A stretch of 64,000 nucleotides of DNA from Squalus acanthias. Taxonomy: Eukaryota. The notes under the pieces were generated by a model. That model was not told the DNA's origin. It saw only the letters and a list, made by a program, of their open reading frames with translations, and ran no database searches. Positions within the stretch are counted from its first letter, which is position 1. Each line of letters begins with the position of its first letter. The stretch lies in contig CM059431.1 of assembly GCA_030390025.1 (NCBI GenBank), forward strand, positions 106,332,001 to 106,396,000, in the 5' to 3' direction. The position numbers and the translations under genes were made by a program. This document shows, in pieces, positions 12,501 to 24,566 of the stretch.

Positions 12501-15500
12501 CTCTCTCTCTCTCCCAGTTTGTGTTTCTCTCTCTCTCTCTCTCCCAGTTTGTGTTTCTCTCTCTCTCCCAGTTTGTGTTTCTCTCTCTCTCTCTCTCCCA
12601 GTTTGTGTTTCTCTCTCTCTCTCTCTCCCAGTTTGTGTTTCTCTCTCTCTCTCCCAGTTTGTGTTTCTCTCTCTCTCTCTCTCCCAGTTTGTGTTTCTCT
12701 CTCTCTCTCTCTCAGTTTGTGTTTCTCTCTCTCTCTCTCTCCCAGTTTGTGTTTCTCTCTCTCTCTCTCTCTCCCAGTTTGTGTTTCTCTCTCTCTCTCT
12801 CTCTCCCAGTTTGTGTTTCTCTCTCTCTCTCTCTCTCTCTCAGTTTGTGTTTCTCTCTCTCTCTCTCTCCCAGTTTGTGTTTCTCTCTCTCTCTCTCTCC
12901 CCCAGTTTGTGTTTCTCTCTCTCTCTCCCAGTTTGTGTTTCTCTCTCTCTCTCTCTCCCAGTTTGTGTTTCTCTCTCTCTCTCTCCCCCAGTTTGTGTTT
13001 CTCTCTCTCTCTCCCAGTTTGTGTTTCTCTCTCTCTCTCTCTCCCAGTTTGTGTTTCTCTCTCTCTCTCTCTCCCAGTTTGTGTTTCTCTCTCTCTCTCT
13101 CCCCCAGTTTGTGTTTCTCTCTCTCTCTCTCTCTCCCAGTTTGTGTTTCTCTCTCTCTCTCTCTCCCAGTTTGTGTTTCTCTCTCTCTCTCTCTCCCAGT
13201 TTGTGTTTCTCTCTCTCTCTCTCCCAGTTTGTGTTTCTCTCTCTCTCTCTCTCCCAGTTTGTGTTTCTCTCTCTCTCTCTCTCTCTCCCAGTTTGTGTTT
13301 CTCTCTCTCTCTCTCTCTCTCTCAGTTTGTGTTTCTCTCTCTCTCTCTCCCAGTTTGTGTTTCTCTCTCTTTCTCTCCCAGTTTGTGTTTCTCTCTCTCT
13401 CTCTCTCTCCCAGTTTGTGTTTCTCTCTCTCTCTCTCTCTCTCAGTTTGTGTTTCTCTCTCTCTCTCTCCCAGTTTGTGTTTCTCTCTCTCTCTCTCTCA
13501 GTTTGTGTTTCTCTCTCTCTCTCTCCCAGTCTGTGTTTCTCTCTCTCTCTCTCTCCCAGTTTGTGTTTCTCTCTCTCTCTCTCTCTCTCCCCCAGTTTGT
13601 GTTTCTCTCTCTCTCTCTCTCTCCCAGTTTGTGTTTCTCTCTCTCTCCCTCTCCCAGTTTGTGTTTCTCTCTCTCTCTCTCTCCCAGTTTGTGTTTCTCT
13701 CTCTCTCTCTCCCAGTTTGTGTTTCTCTCTCTCTCTCTCCCAGTTTGTGTTTCTCTCTCTCTCTCTCCCAGTTTGTGTTTCTCTCTCTCTCTCTCCCAGT
13801 TTGTGTTTCTCTCTCTCTCTCTCTCTCAGTTTGTGTTTCTCTCTCTCTCTCTCTCTCCCAGTTTGTGTTTCTCTCTCTCTCTCTCTCTCCCAGTTTGTGT
13901 TTCTCTCTCTCTCTCTCTCTCCCAGTTTGTGTTTCTCTCTCTCTCTCTCTCCCAGTTTGTGTTTCGCTCTCTCTCTCTCTCCCAGTTTGTTTCTCTCTCT
14001 CTCTCTCTCTCCCAGTTTGTGTTTCTCTCTCTCTCTCCCAGTTTGTGTTTCTCTCTCTCTCTCAGTTTGTGTTTCTCTCTCTCTCTCTCCCAGTCTGTGT
14101 TTCTCTCTCTCTCTCTCTCTGTTTGTGTTTCTCTCTCTCTCTCTCTCTCTCCCAGTTTGTGTTTCTCTCTCTCTCTCTCCCAGTTTGTGTTTCTCTCTCT
14201 CTCTCTCTCCCAGTTTGTGTTTCTCTCTCTCTCTCTCCCAGTTTGTGTTTCTCTCTCTCTCTCTCCCAGTTTGTCTCTCTCTCTCTCTCTCCCAGTTTGT
14301 GTTTCTCTCTCTCTCTCTCTCTCTCTCAGTTTGTGTTTCTCTCTCTCTCTCTCTCCCAGTTTGTGTGTGTCTCTCTCTCTCTCTCCCAGTTTGTGTTTCT
14401 CTCTCTCTCTCCCAGTTTGTGTTTCTCTCTCTCTCTCCCAGTTTGTGTTTCTCTCTCTCTCTCTCTCCCAGTTTGTGTTTCTCTCTCTCTCTCTCTCCCA
14501 GTTTGTGTTTCTCTCTCTCTCTCTCTCCCAGTTTGTGTTTCTCTCTCTCTCTCTCTCTCCAGTTTGTGTTTCTCTCTCTCTCTCTCTCCCAGTTTGTGTT
14601 TCTCTCTCTCTCTCTCCCAGTTTGTGTTTCTCTCTCTCTCTCTCCCAGTTTGTGTTTCTCTCTCTCTCTCTCTCTCTCTCCCAGTTTGTGTGTTTCTCTC
14701 TCTCTCTCCCAGTTTGTGTTTCTCTCTCTCTCTCTCTCCCAGTTTGTGTCTCTCTCTCTCTCTCTCTCCCAGTTTGTGTTTCTCTCTCTCTCTCTCTCCC
14801 AGTTTGTGTTTCTCTCTCTCTCTCTCTCTCTCCCAGTCTGTGTTTCTCTCTCTCTCTCTCTCCCAGTTTGTCTCTCTCTCTCTCTCTCTCTCTCCCAGTT
14901 TGTGTCTCTCTCTCTCTCTCCCAGTTTGTGTTTCTCTCTCTCTCCCAGTTTGTGTTTCTCTCTCTCTCTCTCTCTCTCCCAGTTTGTGTTTCTCTCTCTC
15001 TCTCTCTCCCAGTTTGTGTTTCTCTCTCTCTCTCTCTCCCAGTTTGTGTTTCTCTCTCTCTCCCAGTTTGTGTTTCTCTCTCTCTCTCTCTCTCTCCCAG
15101 TTTGTGTTTCTCTCTCTCTCTCTCTCCCAGTTTGTGTTTCTCTCTCTCTCTCTCCCAGTTTGTGTTTCTCTCTCTCTCTCCCAGTTTCTGTTTCTCTCTC
15201 TCTCTCCCAGTTTGTGTTTCTCTCTCTCTCTCTCTCCCAGTTTGTGTTTCTCTCTCTCTCTCTCCCAGTTTCTCTCTCTCTCTCTCTCTCTCCCAGTTTG
15301 TGTTTCTCTCTCTCTCTCTCCCAGTTTGTGTTTCTCTCTCTCTCTCTCTCTCAGTTTGTGTTTCTCTCTCTCTCTCTCTCTCTCCCAGTTTGTGTTTCTC
15401 TCTCTCTCTCTCTCCCAGTTTGTGTTTCTCTCTCTCTCCCAGTTTGTGTTTCTCTCTCTCTCTCTCTCCCAGTTTGTGTTTCTCTCTCTCTCTCTCTCCC

Positions 15501-18500
15501 AGTTTGTGTTTCTCTCTCTCTCTCCCAGTTTGTGTTTCTCTCTCTCTCTCTCTCCCAGTTTGTGTTTCTCTCTCTCTCTCTCTCAGTTTGTGTTTCTCTC
15601 TCTCTCTCTCTCCCAGTTTGTGTTTCTCTCTCTCTCTCTCTCTCCCAGTTTGTGTTTCTCTCTCTCTCTCTCTCTCCCAGTTTGTGTTTCTCTCTCTCTC
15701 TCTCTCTCTCTCAGTTTGTGTTTCTCTCTCTCTCTCTCTCCCAGTTTGTGTTTCTCTCTCTCTCTCTCTCCCCAGTTTGTGTTTCTCTCTCTCTCTCCCA
15801 GTTTGTGTTTCTCTCTCTCTCTCTCTCCCAGTTTGTGTTTCTCTCTCTCTCTCTCCCCCAGTTTGTGTTTCTCTCTCTCTCTCCCAGTTTGTGTTTCTCT
15901 CTCTCTCTCTCTCCCAGTTTGTGTTTCTCTCTCTCTCTCTCTCCCAGTTTGTGTTTCTCTCTCTCTCTCTCCCCCAGTTTGTGTTTCTCTCTCTCTCTCT
16001 CTCTCCCAGTTTGTGTTTCTCTCTCTCTCTCTCTCCCAGTTTGTGTTTCTCTCTCTCTCTCTCTCCCAGTTTGTGTTTCTCTCTCTCTCTCTCCCAGTTT
16101 GTGTTTCTCTCTCTCTCTCTCTCCCAGTTTGTGTTTCTCTCTCTCTCTCTCTCTCCCAGTTTGTGTTTCTCTCTCTCTCTCTCTCTCTCTCAGTTTGTGT
16201 TTCTCTCTCTCTCTCTCCCAGTTTGTGTTTCTCTCTCTTCTCTCCCAGTTTGTGTTTCTCTCTCTCTCTCTCTCTCCCAGTTTGTGTTTCTCTCTCTCTC
16301 TCTCTCTCTCAGTTTGTGTTTCTCTCTCTCTCTCTCCCAGTTTGTGTTTCTCTCTCTCTCTCTCTCAGTTTGTGTTTCTCTCTCTCTCTCTCCCAGTTTG
16401 TGTTTCTCTCTCTCTCCCCAGTTTGTGTTTCTCTCTCTCTCTCTCTCTCCCCAGTTTGTGTTTCTCTCTCTCTCTCTCTCTCCCAGTTTGTGTTTCTCTC
16501 TCTCTCCCTCTCCCAGTTTGTGTTTCTCTCTCTCTCTCTCTCCCAGTTTGTGTTTCTCTCTCTCTCTCTCCCAGTTTGTGTTTCTCTCTCTCTCTCTCCC
16601 AGTTTGTGTTTCTCTCTCTCTCTCTCCCAGTTTGTGTTTCTCTCTCTCTCTCTCCCAGTTTGTGTTTCTCTCTCTCTCTCTCTCTCAGTTTGTGTTTCTC
16701 TCTCTCTCTCTCTCTCCCAGTTTGTGTTTCTCTCTCTCTCTCTCTCTCCCAGTTTGTGTTTCTCTCTCTCTCTCTCTCCCAGTTTGTGTTTCTCTCTCTC
16801 TCTCTCTCCCAGTTTGTGTTTCGCTCTCTCTCTCTCTCCCAGTTTGTTTCTCTCTCTCTCTCTCTCTCCCAGTTTGTGTTTCTCTCTCTCTCTCTCTCTC
16901 CCAGTTTGTGTTTCTCTCTCTCTCTCCCAGTTTGTGTTTCTCTCTCTCTCTCAGTTTGTGTTTCTCTCTCTCTCTCTCCCAGTCTGTGTTTCTCTCTCTC
17001 TCTCTCTCTCAGTTTGTGTTTCTCTCTCTCTCTCTCTCTCTCCCAGTTTGTGTTTCTCTCTCTCTCTCTCCCCAGTTTGTGTTTCTCTCTCTCTCTCTCT
17101 CCCAGTTTGTGTTTCTCTCTCTCTCTCTCCCAGTTTGTGTTTCTCTCTCTCTCTCTCTCCCAGTTTGTCTCTCTCTCTCTCTCTCCCAGTTTGTGTTTCT
17201 CTCTCTCTCTCTCTCTCTCTCAGTTTGTGTTTCTCTCTCTCTCTCTCTCCCAGTTTGTGTGTCTCTCTCTCTCTCTCCCAGTTTGTGTTTCTCTCTCTCT
17301 CTCCCAGTTTGTGTTTCTCTCTCTCTCTCTCCCAGTTTGTGTTTCTCTCTCTCTCTCTCTCCCAGTTTGTGTTTCTCTCTCTCTCTCTCTCCCAGTTTGT
17401 GTTTCTCTCTCTCTCTCTCTCCCAGTTTGTGTTTCTCTCTCTCTCTCTCTCTCCCAGTTTGTGTTTCTCTCTCTCTCTCTCTCCCAGTTTGTGTTTCTCT
17501 CTCTCTCTCTCCCAGTTTGTGTTTCTCTCTCTCTCTCTCCCAGTTTGTGTTTCTCTCTCTCTCTCTCTCTCTCTCCCAGTTTGTGTGTTTCTCTCTCTCT
17601 CTCCCAGTTTGTGTTTCTCTCTCTCTCTCTCTCCCAGTTTGTGTCTCTCTCTCTCTCTCTCTCCCAGTTTGTGTTTCTCTCTCTCTCTCTCTCCCAGTTT
17701 GTGTTTCTCTCTCTCTCTCTCTCTCCCAGTCTGTGTTTCTCTCTCTCTCTCTCTCCCAGTTTGTCTCTCTCTCTCTCTCTCTCTCTCCCAGTTTGTGTCT
17801 CTCTCTCTCTCTCCCAGTTTGTGTTTCTCTCTCTCTCCCAGTTTGTGTTTCTCTCTCTCTCTCTCTCTCTCCCAGTTTGTGTTTCTCTCTCTCTCTCTCT
17901 CCCAGTTTGTGTTTCTCTCTCTCTCTCTCTCCCAGTTTGTGTTTCTCTCTCTCTCCCAGTTTGTGTTTCTCTCTCTCTCTCTCTCTCTCCCAGTTTGTGT
18001 TTCTCTCTCTCTCTCTCCCAGTTTGTGTTTCTCTCTCTCTCTCTCCCAGTTTGTGTTTCTCTCTCTCTCTCTCCCAGTTTGTGTTTCTCTCTCTCTCCCT
18101 CCCCAGTTTGTGTTTCTCTCTCTCTCTCTCTCTCCCAGTTTGTGTTTCTCTCTCTCTCCCTCCCCAGTTGGTGTTTCTCTCTCTCCCTCCCTCTCCCAGT
18201 TTCTGTTGCTCTCTCTCTCTCCCAGTTTCTGTTGCTCTCTCTCTCTCTCCCGCCCTCTCCCAGTTTCTGTTGCTCTCTCTCTCCCCCAGTTTCTGTTGCT
18301 CTCTCTCTCTCTCCCTCCCTCTCCCAGTTTCTGTTGCTCTCTCTCTCTCTCAGTTTCTGTTGCTCTCTCTCTCTCTCCCTCCCTCTCCCAGTTTCTGTTG
18401 CTCTCTCTCTCTCCCGCCCTCCCCCAGTTTCTGTTGCTCTCTCTCTCTCTTCCCTCCCTCCCCCAGTTTCTGTTGCTCTCTCTCTCTCTCCCTCCCTCTC

Positions 18501-18520
18501 CCAGTTTCTGTTGCTCTCTC
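9503..18520. repeat. ~9 kb satellite, unit CCCAGTTTGTGTTT(CT)n (~26-38 bp, roughly 300 units); terminal variant CCCAGTTTCTGTTG(CT)n
   Basis: Directly visible; + strand almost purely pyrimidine. Confidence 0.98.
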
Positions 18521-18924
18521 AAAGGACCCACGGAGTTTCCAGGTGATCTTCATTGGCCACAATGCCGCCATTCTCACAACAGTGCGTTCTGAATAGCGGG
18601 AGACCAGCTGGGCTGAGACAACGCAGTTTGGTTGCAAGCCATGACAGTGAGGGTACTGCTCATGAGCAAACAGAGCTTACAAGAACAGTTTGTGCCGGGT
18701 TCCCAGCAGCAATGCTCGGGATCTTAATTGTCCATTCTGGTAGACTCCCGCCCAAAGCGGGAGGGTTGGGTACCCTCTGTATATCTTCTGTACAAACCTC
18801 ATACATCTCCTGTATGATGTACTTCTGTGCAATGTAGGTCTCCCATCCAAAGCTCACACATCTCATCTGCTAACCTCATACTTCTCTTGTACAATAAAAA
18901 AAAGACTTGTACTCATAGTTACAC

Positions 18925-19232
18925 ATTAAACCGAGACACCATTTGCCCTTTCTGGAGGACATACAAGATCCCATGTCACTGTTTGAAGAAGAGCAGGGGA
19001 ATGCTCCCCCGTGTCCCGGCCAATATTTATCCCTCAACCAAAATCACTAAAATATACAGATTATCTGGTCGTTATCACATTGCTGTTTGTGGGATCTTGC
19101 TGTACGCAAATTGCCTGCCGCATTTCCTACATTGCAACGGTGACTCACTTCAAACGAAGTACCTCAGTGGCTGTACTTTGGGATATTCTGAAGTCACGAA
19201 AAGGACTACATAAATGCAAGTCCTTCATTCAT
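18925..19232 (+). mobile_element. Deu-domain SINE, 5'-truncated and diverged
   Basis: AAGATCCCATGTCACTGTTTGAAGAAGAGCAGGGG core; tail ATAAATGCAAGTCC(TTCA)n. Confidence 0.75.
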
Positions 19233-20488
19233 TCTTGGTCCTGACCCTGGGATTTGGGACAGGATCAAGGCTGTGACAGACTGACGGGTAGATGTCCCAC
19301 CCCGCCACAGTTCCAGAGAAGAGCAGGACTCCAGGAATGTCCATTTGTCTCCTACATACATCCCTCACAAAAGCTCGAAGTTATCTGTCGTGCACGATTT
19401 ATGTATGCTACATGTACAATGTCACCTGCGTGCATTGTATCTCACGCATGCAGAAGTGTGGCCCTTCCATTGAAAAAAGATAAAGACCCTAGTCACAAAT
19501 CAACGACATCTGAAACCTCTTACACAAGCAAGTATAACTTCTCCTATGTCATTTTAAATTGGTTGTAAAGAACAAAGAGTATAAACAAATATAGCCCAGA
19601 AATGACTGTTTAAAATAAAAGGGAGAAAAGTGCAGAAAGGATTCTGATGGGCGCGCTTTGAGTGTTTGCACAATAACATCGGTGCAATAAATTCAAAGCT
19701 TATGCTTTTTCTCTTGTTATTTTTCAGCATCGCTTTTTCTCCTCCCTCCCTTTGAAGATGAGGCAAGATTTTTGAAGAACTTCACAGCCAACGAATCCAC
19801 TTTGAATTGCGCCAAACAATCTTTGTTTCTTTCCAGTTATGAGCACTTGTCATGTAATAAAGTGGAAGACTTGTAAAATCTAGAAACGGTGCACCGGGCT
19901 GAGGACAAGTCGCCTTCAGCACTCGAGTCGCGGACAGGACAAAGGCAGGTACCCGAGTGATGCCTCGTCTTATTTACCTTCCCTTTTCTGTGGAGGGCGG
20001 GCAGGGGTAGGGGTAGCGGGGTCACAACAGTGCTCCTTTCAAGCACCTCTCGCAGAGCCCGACAACTTATCCGAGACCAGGAACTCAACATCCAGAGGAC
20101 TGCAACCGTGAGGGGGCCTCCTATCACTTTGAAAGGTGGTAGAAGGTATCAGCTGGTCATGAATTGGAATGTAGTGATGTGGATATTGAAAATGATCAAT
20201 TTTGGAGGGAGGGGATGGATGAATTGAAGTGATCTTTGAACTCATGGGGGACTATGTGGCCTCGATATTAACGGGAGGGCGGGGCAGCTGGTAGCAGACA
20301 GTACTTGCCCAATGATTTTTATTTCTTTCGGGTGTTGCTCACAGCATTGTCCTGCAGATTAATCTTTCATTCCTGGAGGCTCCGGGAGGGTTGGCAACCC
20401 TGGTGGGCAGGGGTTGGTTAAAAGCTGTGCCTATAATTATGAAGGGTCGATGCAGTGATATCCCTTGCCACTTCCATGTAATTTTAAC

Positions 20489-21035
20489 ACAACTGGAGTA
20501 TTGCGTCCAGTTCTGGTCACCACACTTTAGGAAGGATGTGAAGGCCCTTGAGAGGGTGCAGAGGAGATTTACCAGAATGGTTCCGGGGATGGGGGATCTT
20601 AGCTACAAGGACAGGTTGGAGAAGCTGGATTTGTTTCCATTAGAGCAAAGAAGGTTGAGGGCTGATTTGATCGAGGTGTGCAAGATTATGACGGGTTTGG
20701 ATAGGCTAGATGGGGAAAGGCTGTTCCCACTAGCTGATGGTACAAGGACTAGGGGACACAGATTTAAGGTTTTGGGCAAGAGATACAGGGGGGGATGTGA
20801 GGAAAATCTTTTTTACGCAGCGAGTGGTGATGATCTGGAATTCGCTGCCGACGGAAGTGGTGGAAGCGGAGACACTCAATGTTTTCAAGGGGAGACTGGA
20901 TAGGCACTTGAGGGAAATAAACTTGCAGGGCTACGGGGATAGAGCGGGGGAATGGAACTGACTGGATTTCTCTACAGAGAGCCGGCATGGACTTGATGGG
21001 CCGAATGGCCTCCTTCTGTGCTGTTATGACTCTAT
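20489..21035 (+). mobile_element. CR1 LINE 3' fragment
   Basis: QLEYCVQFWSPHFRKDVKALERVQRRFTRMVPGM...TRGHRFKV; 3' UTR with TATGACTC tail. Confidence 0.9.
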
Positions 21036-21929
21036 GGGGGAAAATATTGATTGGTTTGTGCCTCCCGTTAGCACCCTAAGAGGGCGTTAATGGGGCGCAA
21101 AGCAACTAGTGCTTGGGCGCGGTGATGTTTGCGCCGCTCGCGAAATTGAGCAGACATTTTGCGGCGGCGCTAAACACTACTGCCACAATCTCCAGCGCCC
21201 GCAGATCGTGATGTCAGTCGAGCGTGCAACGCCCCGGTAGCGCCCCGGACCGGATATTGAGTGGCGCCCCCTGCCTTACCACCTGCCGCTAGCAACAACA
21301 GGTTGAGGGGAGCGTTTTGCAGTTGGGAAGGGACTGGGGGAGCGCTATTTGAAGGCGACCGCTTCCTGCCTTTTTTTGTCGGCGACATTTTTGCACCACA
21401 CATTCTGAGAGAGAGAGAGAGAGAGATCTGGAGATATTCAACAATGTGTTGAGGAGTTTTGGGTACTGAGCAGCACTTTGCAGGTTCATTTTGATTTGCC
21501 CTTCCTTGTATCGATTTAGAAGAGACTTTGGGGGCTGCACTCTGAGCTCTTTCCCTGGGCCTCTCCATTGTTCTTTCCAGCAGATTTGATGTACAGGTCT
21601 CTCCAGGCAGAGATGCAAGGCTGCAATGAGCAGGGTTTGGATGGAGAGCAAGATCGACCCTCCCCTTTAAGAACTGGCTGGCGCCAGTGTGACTGTGTGC
21701 CATTGCTGACTGACATCACATGAGCTTTGCCAGTGCTCTGAGGTAGCGCCTCGCTCCTCGGCGTTAGCGCCTTAAGGGAGATGTGTAGCGCCTGATTTAG
21801 CGCTCCAATCACCTCCAGGGGCGATAGAAGCCAGGTATGCAGTCGGAGGCGATAATTAGCGCCAGGCGCTAAACTTTGCGCCCGGCCGATAATTGCGCCC
21901 CAAACGGAGCGATACCGAATTTCTACCCC
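21036..21929. mobile_element. Harbinger-like MITE inserted in the CR1 tail repeat
   Basis: Ends GGGGGAAAATATTG / CGAATTTCTACCCC; CR1 tail unit ATGACTCTATG present on both sides. Confidence 0.55.
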
Positions 21930-22680
21930 GATGACTCTATGAATTCATATCCTGATGTTCCATAGACCGTTGCTGGCCCCGAGAGTTGGGTAACAGAGAG
22001 CTAACTGCCATGATTACGACTGAGTAATCGGATAACCAGCTGCAAGACCTGATAGATCCACAAGAAGCAGTTTGATGGTTATGCATTGCAGAGCCAGTAT
22101 AATGTAAAAATGATGTTCTTCCACAGTCAGGTTTGGGAAACAGAGTCAGCTTATTTATATGTGAATCACTGTGTTCTACACAGATGTAACAGGCTTGTAA
22201 CCATCGACAGGAGTAAAATTCAATAGCTCCAGTCCTCAGACTCGCTGCATATTTCATGCATTAAGAACCAGCACAGAGAGTAGAAAGCAATGCTTCAGAC
22301 AATTAATTTTTGTCTGAAGAATATGTGCAGTACATCTTTATGAAATACCTATCATGAGTTCTGATCTACTGCCAGGGATAATGCGTGGCTAGAACTATAT
22401 TATTCCCTACTGTAATATGAGGAATAGATCTGATAAAATACAATGAATCTTTTTTACATGAAGGACTTTTTAGTTAAGCTATGCAAACATAAAATTAACA
22501 CGTCATCCTTATGAAAAATGCATATATTCTTGCCTTGACCAGGGCCCCTGTGTGATATAGAGACTTTTAAGGGAATAGATTTATTTCAAATTTCTTTCTG
22601 TTTCAGTTGGATATGAAACATTAAGTATTTCTTTTTTAAAATGGCAGTAGTTCTCAACACATTAACATAAGTTCTGACAC

Positions 22681-22790
22681 AACAACGACTTGTATTTATA
22701 TAGCGCCTTTAACATAGTAAAACGTCCCAAGGCGCTTCACAGTAGCGTTATCAAACAAAATTTGACACCGAGCCACATAAGGAGATATTA
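22681..22790 (-). mobile_element. L2 3' terminal fragment
   Basis: AACAACGACTTGTATTTATATAGCGCCTTTAAC...TTTGACACCGAGCCACATAAGG. Confidence 0.8.
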
Positions 22791-22908
22791 GAAAAGCAAA
22801 ATACTGCGGATGCTGGAAATCTGAAATAAAAACAGAAAATGCTGGAAATACTCAGCAGGTCAGGCAGCATCTGTGGAGAGAGAAACAGAGTTAACGTTTC
22901 AGGTCGAT
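22791..22908 (-). mobile_element. Penelope-like family A 3' terminus (truncated within the hammerhead)
   Basis: Reverse complement is highly similar to 28978-29091. Confidence 0.8.
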
Positions 22909-23261
22909 GTGTGTTATCATTTCTCGAAAGGCCATCAATTTCTTACATTGAAATATTAAAGGGGTACCGCCTGCAATGTTTTCTCTAAGCTGAGTGGCCG
23001 TACAGTTATGGGAAAGGTCCCGCGCAGGCCGCTCACCGGCTTTTCCATTGTAAATATCGCGCACATGCAGAAATTTAAAGGGACCGCGCATTAAAAGAAA
23101 CAGGCCGCGCAGAACAGAGCACAGCTCACAGGGAACGTTGACAGCCAGTCCATTGGGCTGGTGAGCGATTACATAATGACTTAGAAGATTCTAAACACAT
23201 TAACAGCAACACAATGTAATGCAGCAAGAGACCACAAGAGCCTCGTTACTTTTTGTTTTCT

Positions 23262-24390
23262 TCTGTGGCTCAGTGGGTAGCACTCTCATCTCTGAGTCAG
23301 ATGGTCATGGGTTTCAAGTCCCACTCCAGAGATTTGAGCCCATAATCCAGGATGACACTCCAGTGCAGTACTGAGGGGGTGCTGTGCTGACGGAGGTGCC
23401 GTGCTTTGGACGAGACATTAAACCGAGGCCCCCTCTGCCCTCAAAAGATCCCATCGTACTATTTTGAAGAAGAGCTGGGGAATTTTCCCCTGTGTCCTGA
23501 CCAATATTTATCCCTCAGCCAACACCTTAATAACAGATTATCTGGTCATTATCAAATTGCTGTTAGGGGGACCTTGCTAAGTACAAATTGGCTGCCACCT
23601 TTCCTACATAGAAACATAAGAACAAGAGTAGGCCATTCAGCCCCTCGAGCCTGTTCTGCCACTCAATGAGATCATGGCAGATCTGTGACCTAACTCCATA
23701 TACCCGCCTTTGGCCCATATCCCTTAATAACTTTGGTTAACAAAAAGCTATCAATCTCTGATTTAAAATTAACAATTGATCTAGCATCAATTGCCATTTG
23801 CGGAAGAGAGTTCCAAACTTCTACCACCCTTTGTGTGTAGAAGTGTTTCCTAATTTCACTCCTGAAAGGTCTGGCTCTAATTTTTAGATGATGCCCCCAT
23901 GGTCCTAGCCTTCTCAACCAGCGGAAATAGTTTCTCTCGATCGACCCTATCTGTTCCCCATAATATCCTGAAAACTTCGATCAAATCAGCCCTTAACCTT
24001 CTAAATTCTAGGGAATACAACCCTAGTTTGTGCAATCTCTCCTCGGAACTTAACCGTGGAAGTCTGGGTATCATTTTGGTAAACCTACGCTGCACTCCCT
24101 TCAAGGCCAATATATCCTTCCTAAGGTGTGGTGCCCAGAACTGCTCACAGTGCTCCAGGTGTGGTCTAACCAGGGTTTTGTACAGCTGCAGCATAACTTC
24201 TACCCCCTTGTATTCTAGTCCTTTAGATATAAAGGCCAGCATTCCATTAGCCTTTTTGATTATTTTCTGTACCTGTACCTGTACATTACACCAGTGACTG
24301 CACATCAAAAAAGTACTTAATTGATAGTAAAGCACTTTGGTACATATTGAGATTACGAAAGGCGTCATACAAATGTAAGTCCTTTCTTTC
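23262..24390 (+). mobile_element. Full-length Deu-domain tRNA SINE (SacSINE1-like) split by a CR1 insertion
   Basis: A box TGGCTCAGTGG, B-box-like GGTTTCAAGTCCC, Deu core to ~23609; tail resumes at ~24284; TACAT present at both junctions. Confidence 0.8.
23607..24283 (-). mobile_element. CR1 LINE 3' fragment
   Basis: KKANGMLAFISKGLEYK...LVRPHLEHCEQFWAPHLRKD...RKHFYTQRVVEVWNSLP. Confidence 0.9.
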
Positions 24391-24566
24391 CAATTTCCTG
24401 AAGGTGATTAATCATGCTGGATAACAGTTCCTCCAGTAAACCCATGGTTATTCTTCACATCTGAGCATAGGCGGAGTATTCAGCTGTGAAGGAAGCATCA
24501 CAGCCGATCCTACTGCATCCTCACCCAATGTCCGTGCACACGTGCAGTTCCCTTCCTAAAGATTAT

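Noticed and set aside
9503..18520. CRISPR-like repeat-spacer array
   Set aside because: The 'spacers' are only (CT)n of variable length, there are no cas genes, and the context is eukaryotic
8995..18596. Three ~3000-aa ORFs (SLSLSQFVF...) and the antisense RE-rich ORFs
   Set aside because: The satellite cannot form stop codons on +, so all three frames are open; one ORF also runs through Ns. Artefact
21170..21703. 177-aa ORF inside a MITE, faintly like a Harbinger Myb-protein start (MERPRERA)
   Set aside because: Similarity is limited to a few residues and the ORF runs through a (GA)n tract
23262..23330. tRNA genes (also ~7640-7732, ~8000-8075, ~61650-61728)
   Set aside because: A/B boxes are present but there is no complete cloverleaf, and each continues into a SINE or LINE body
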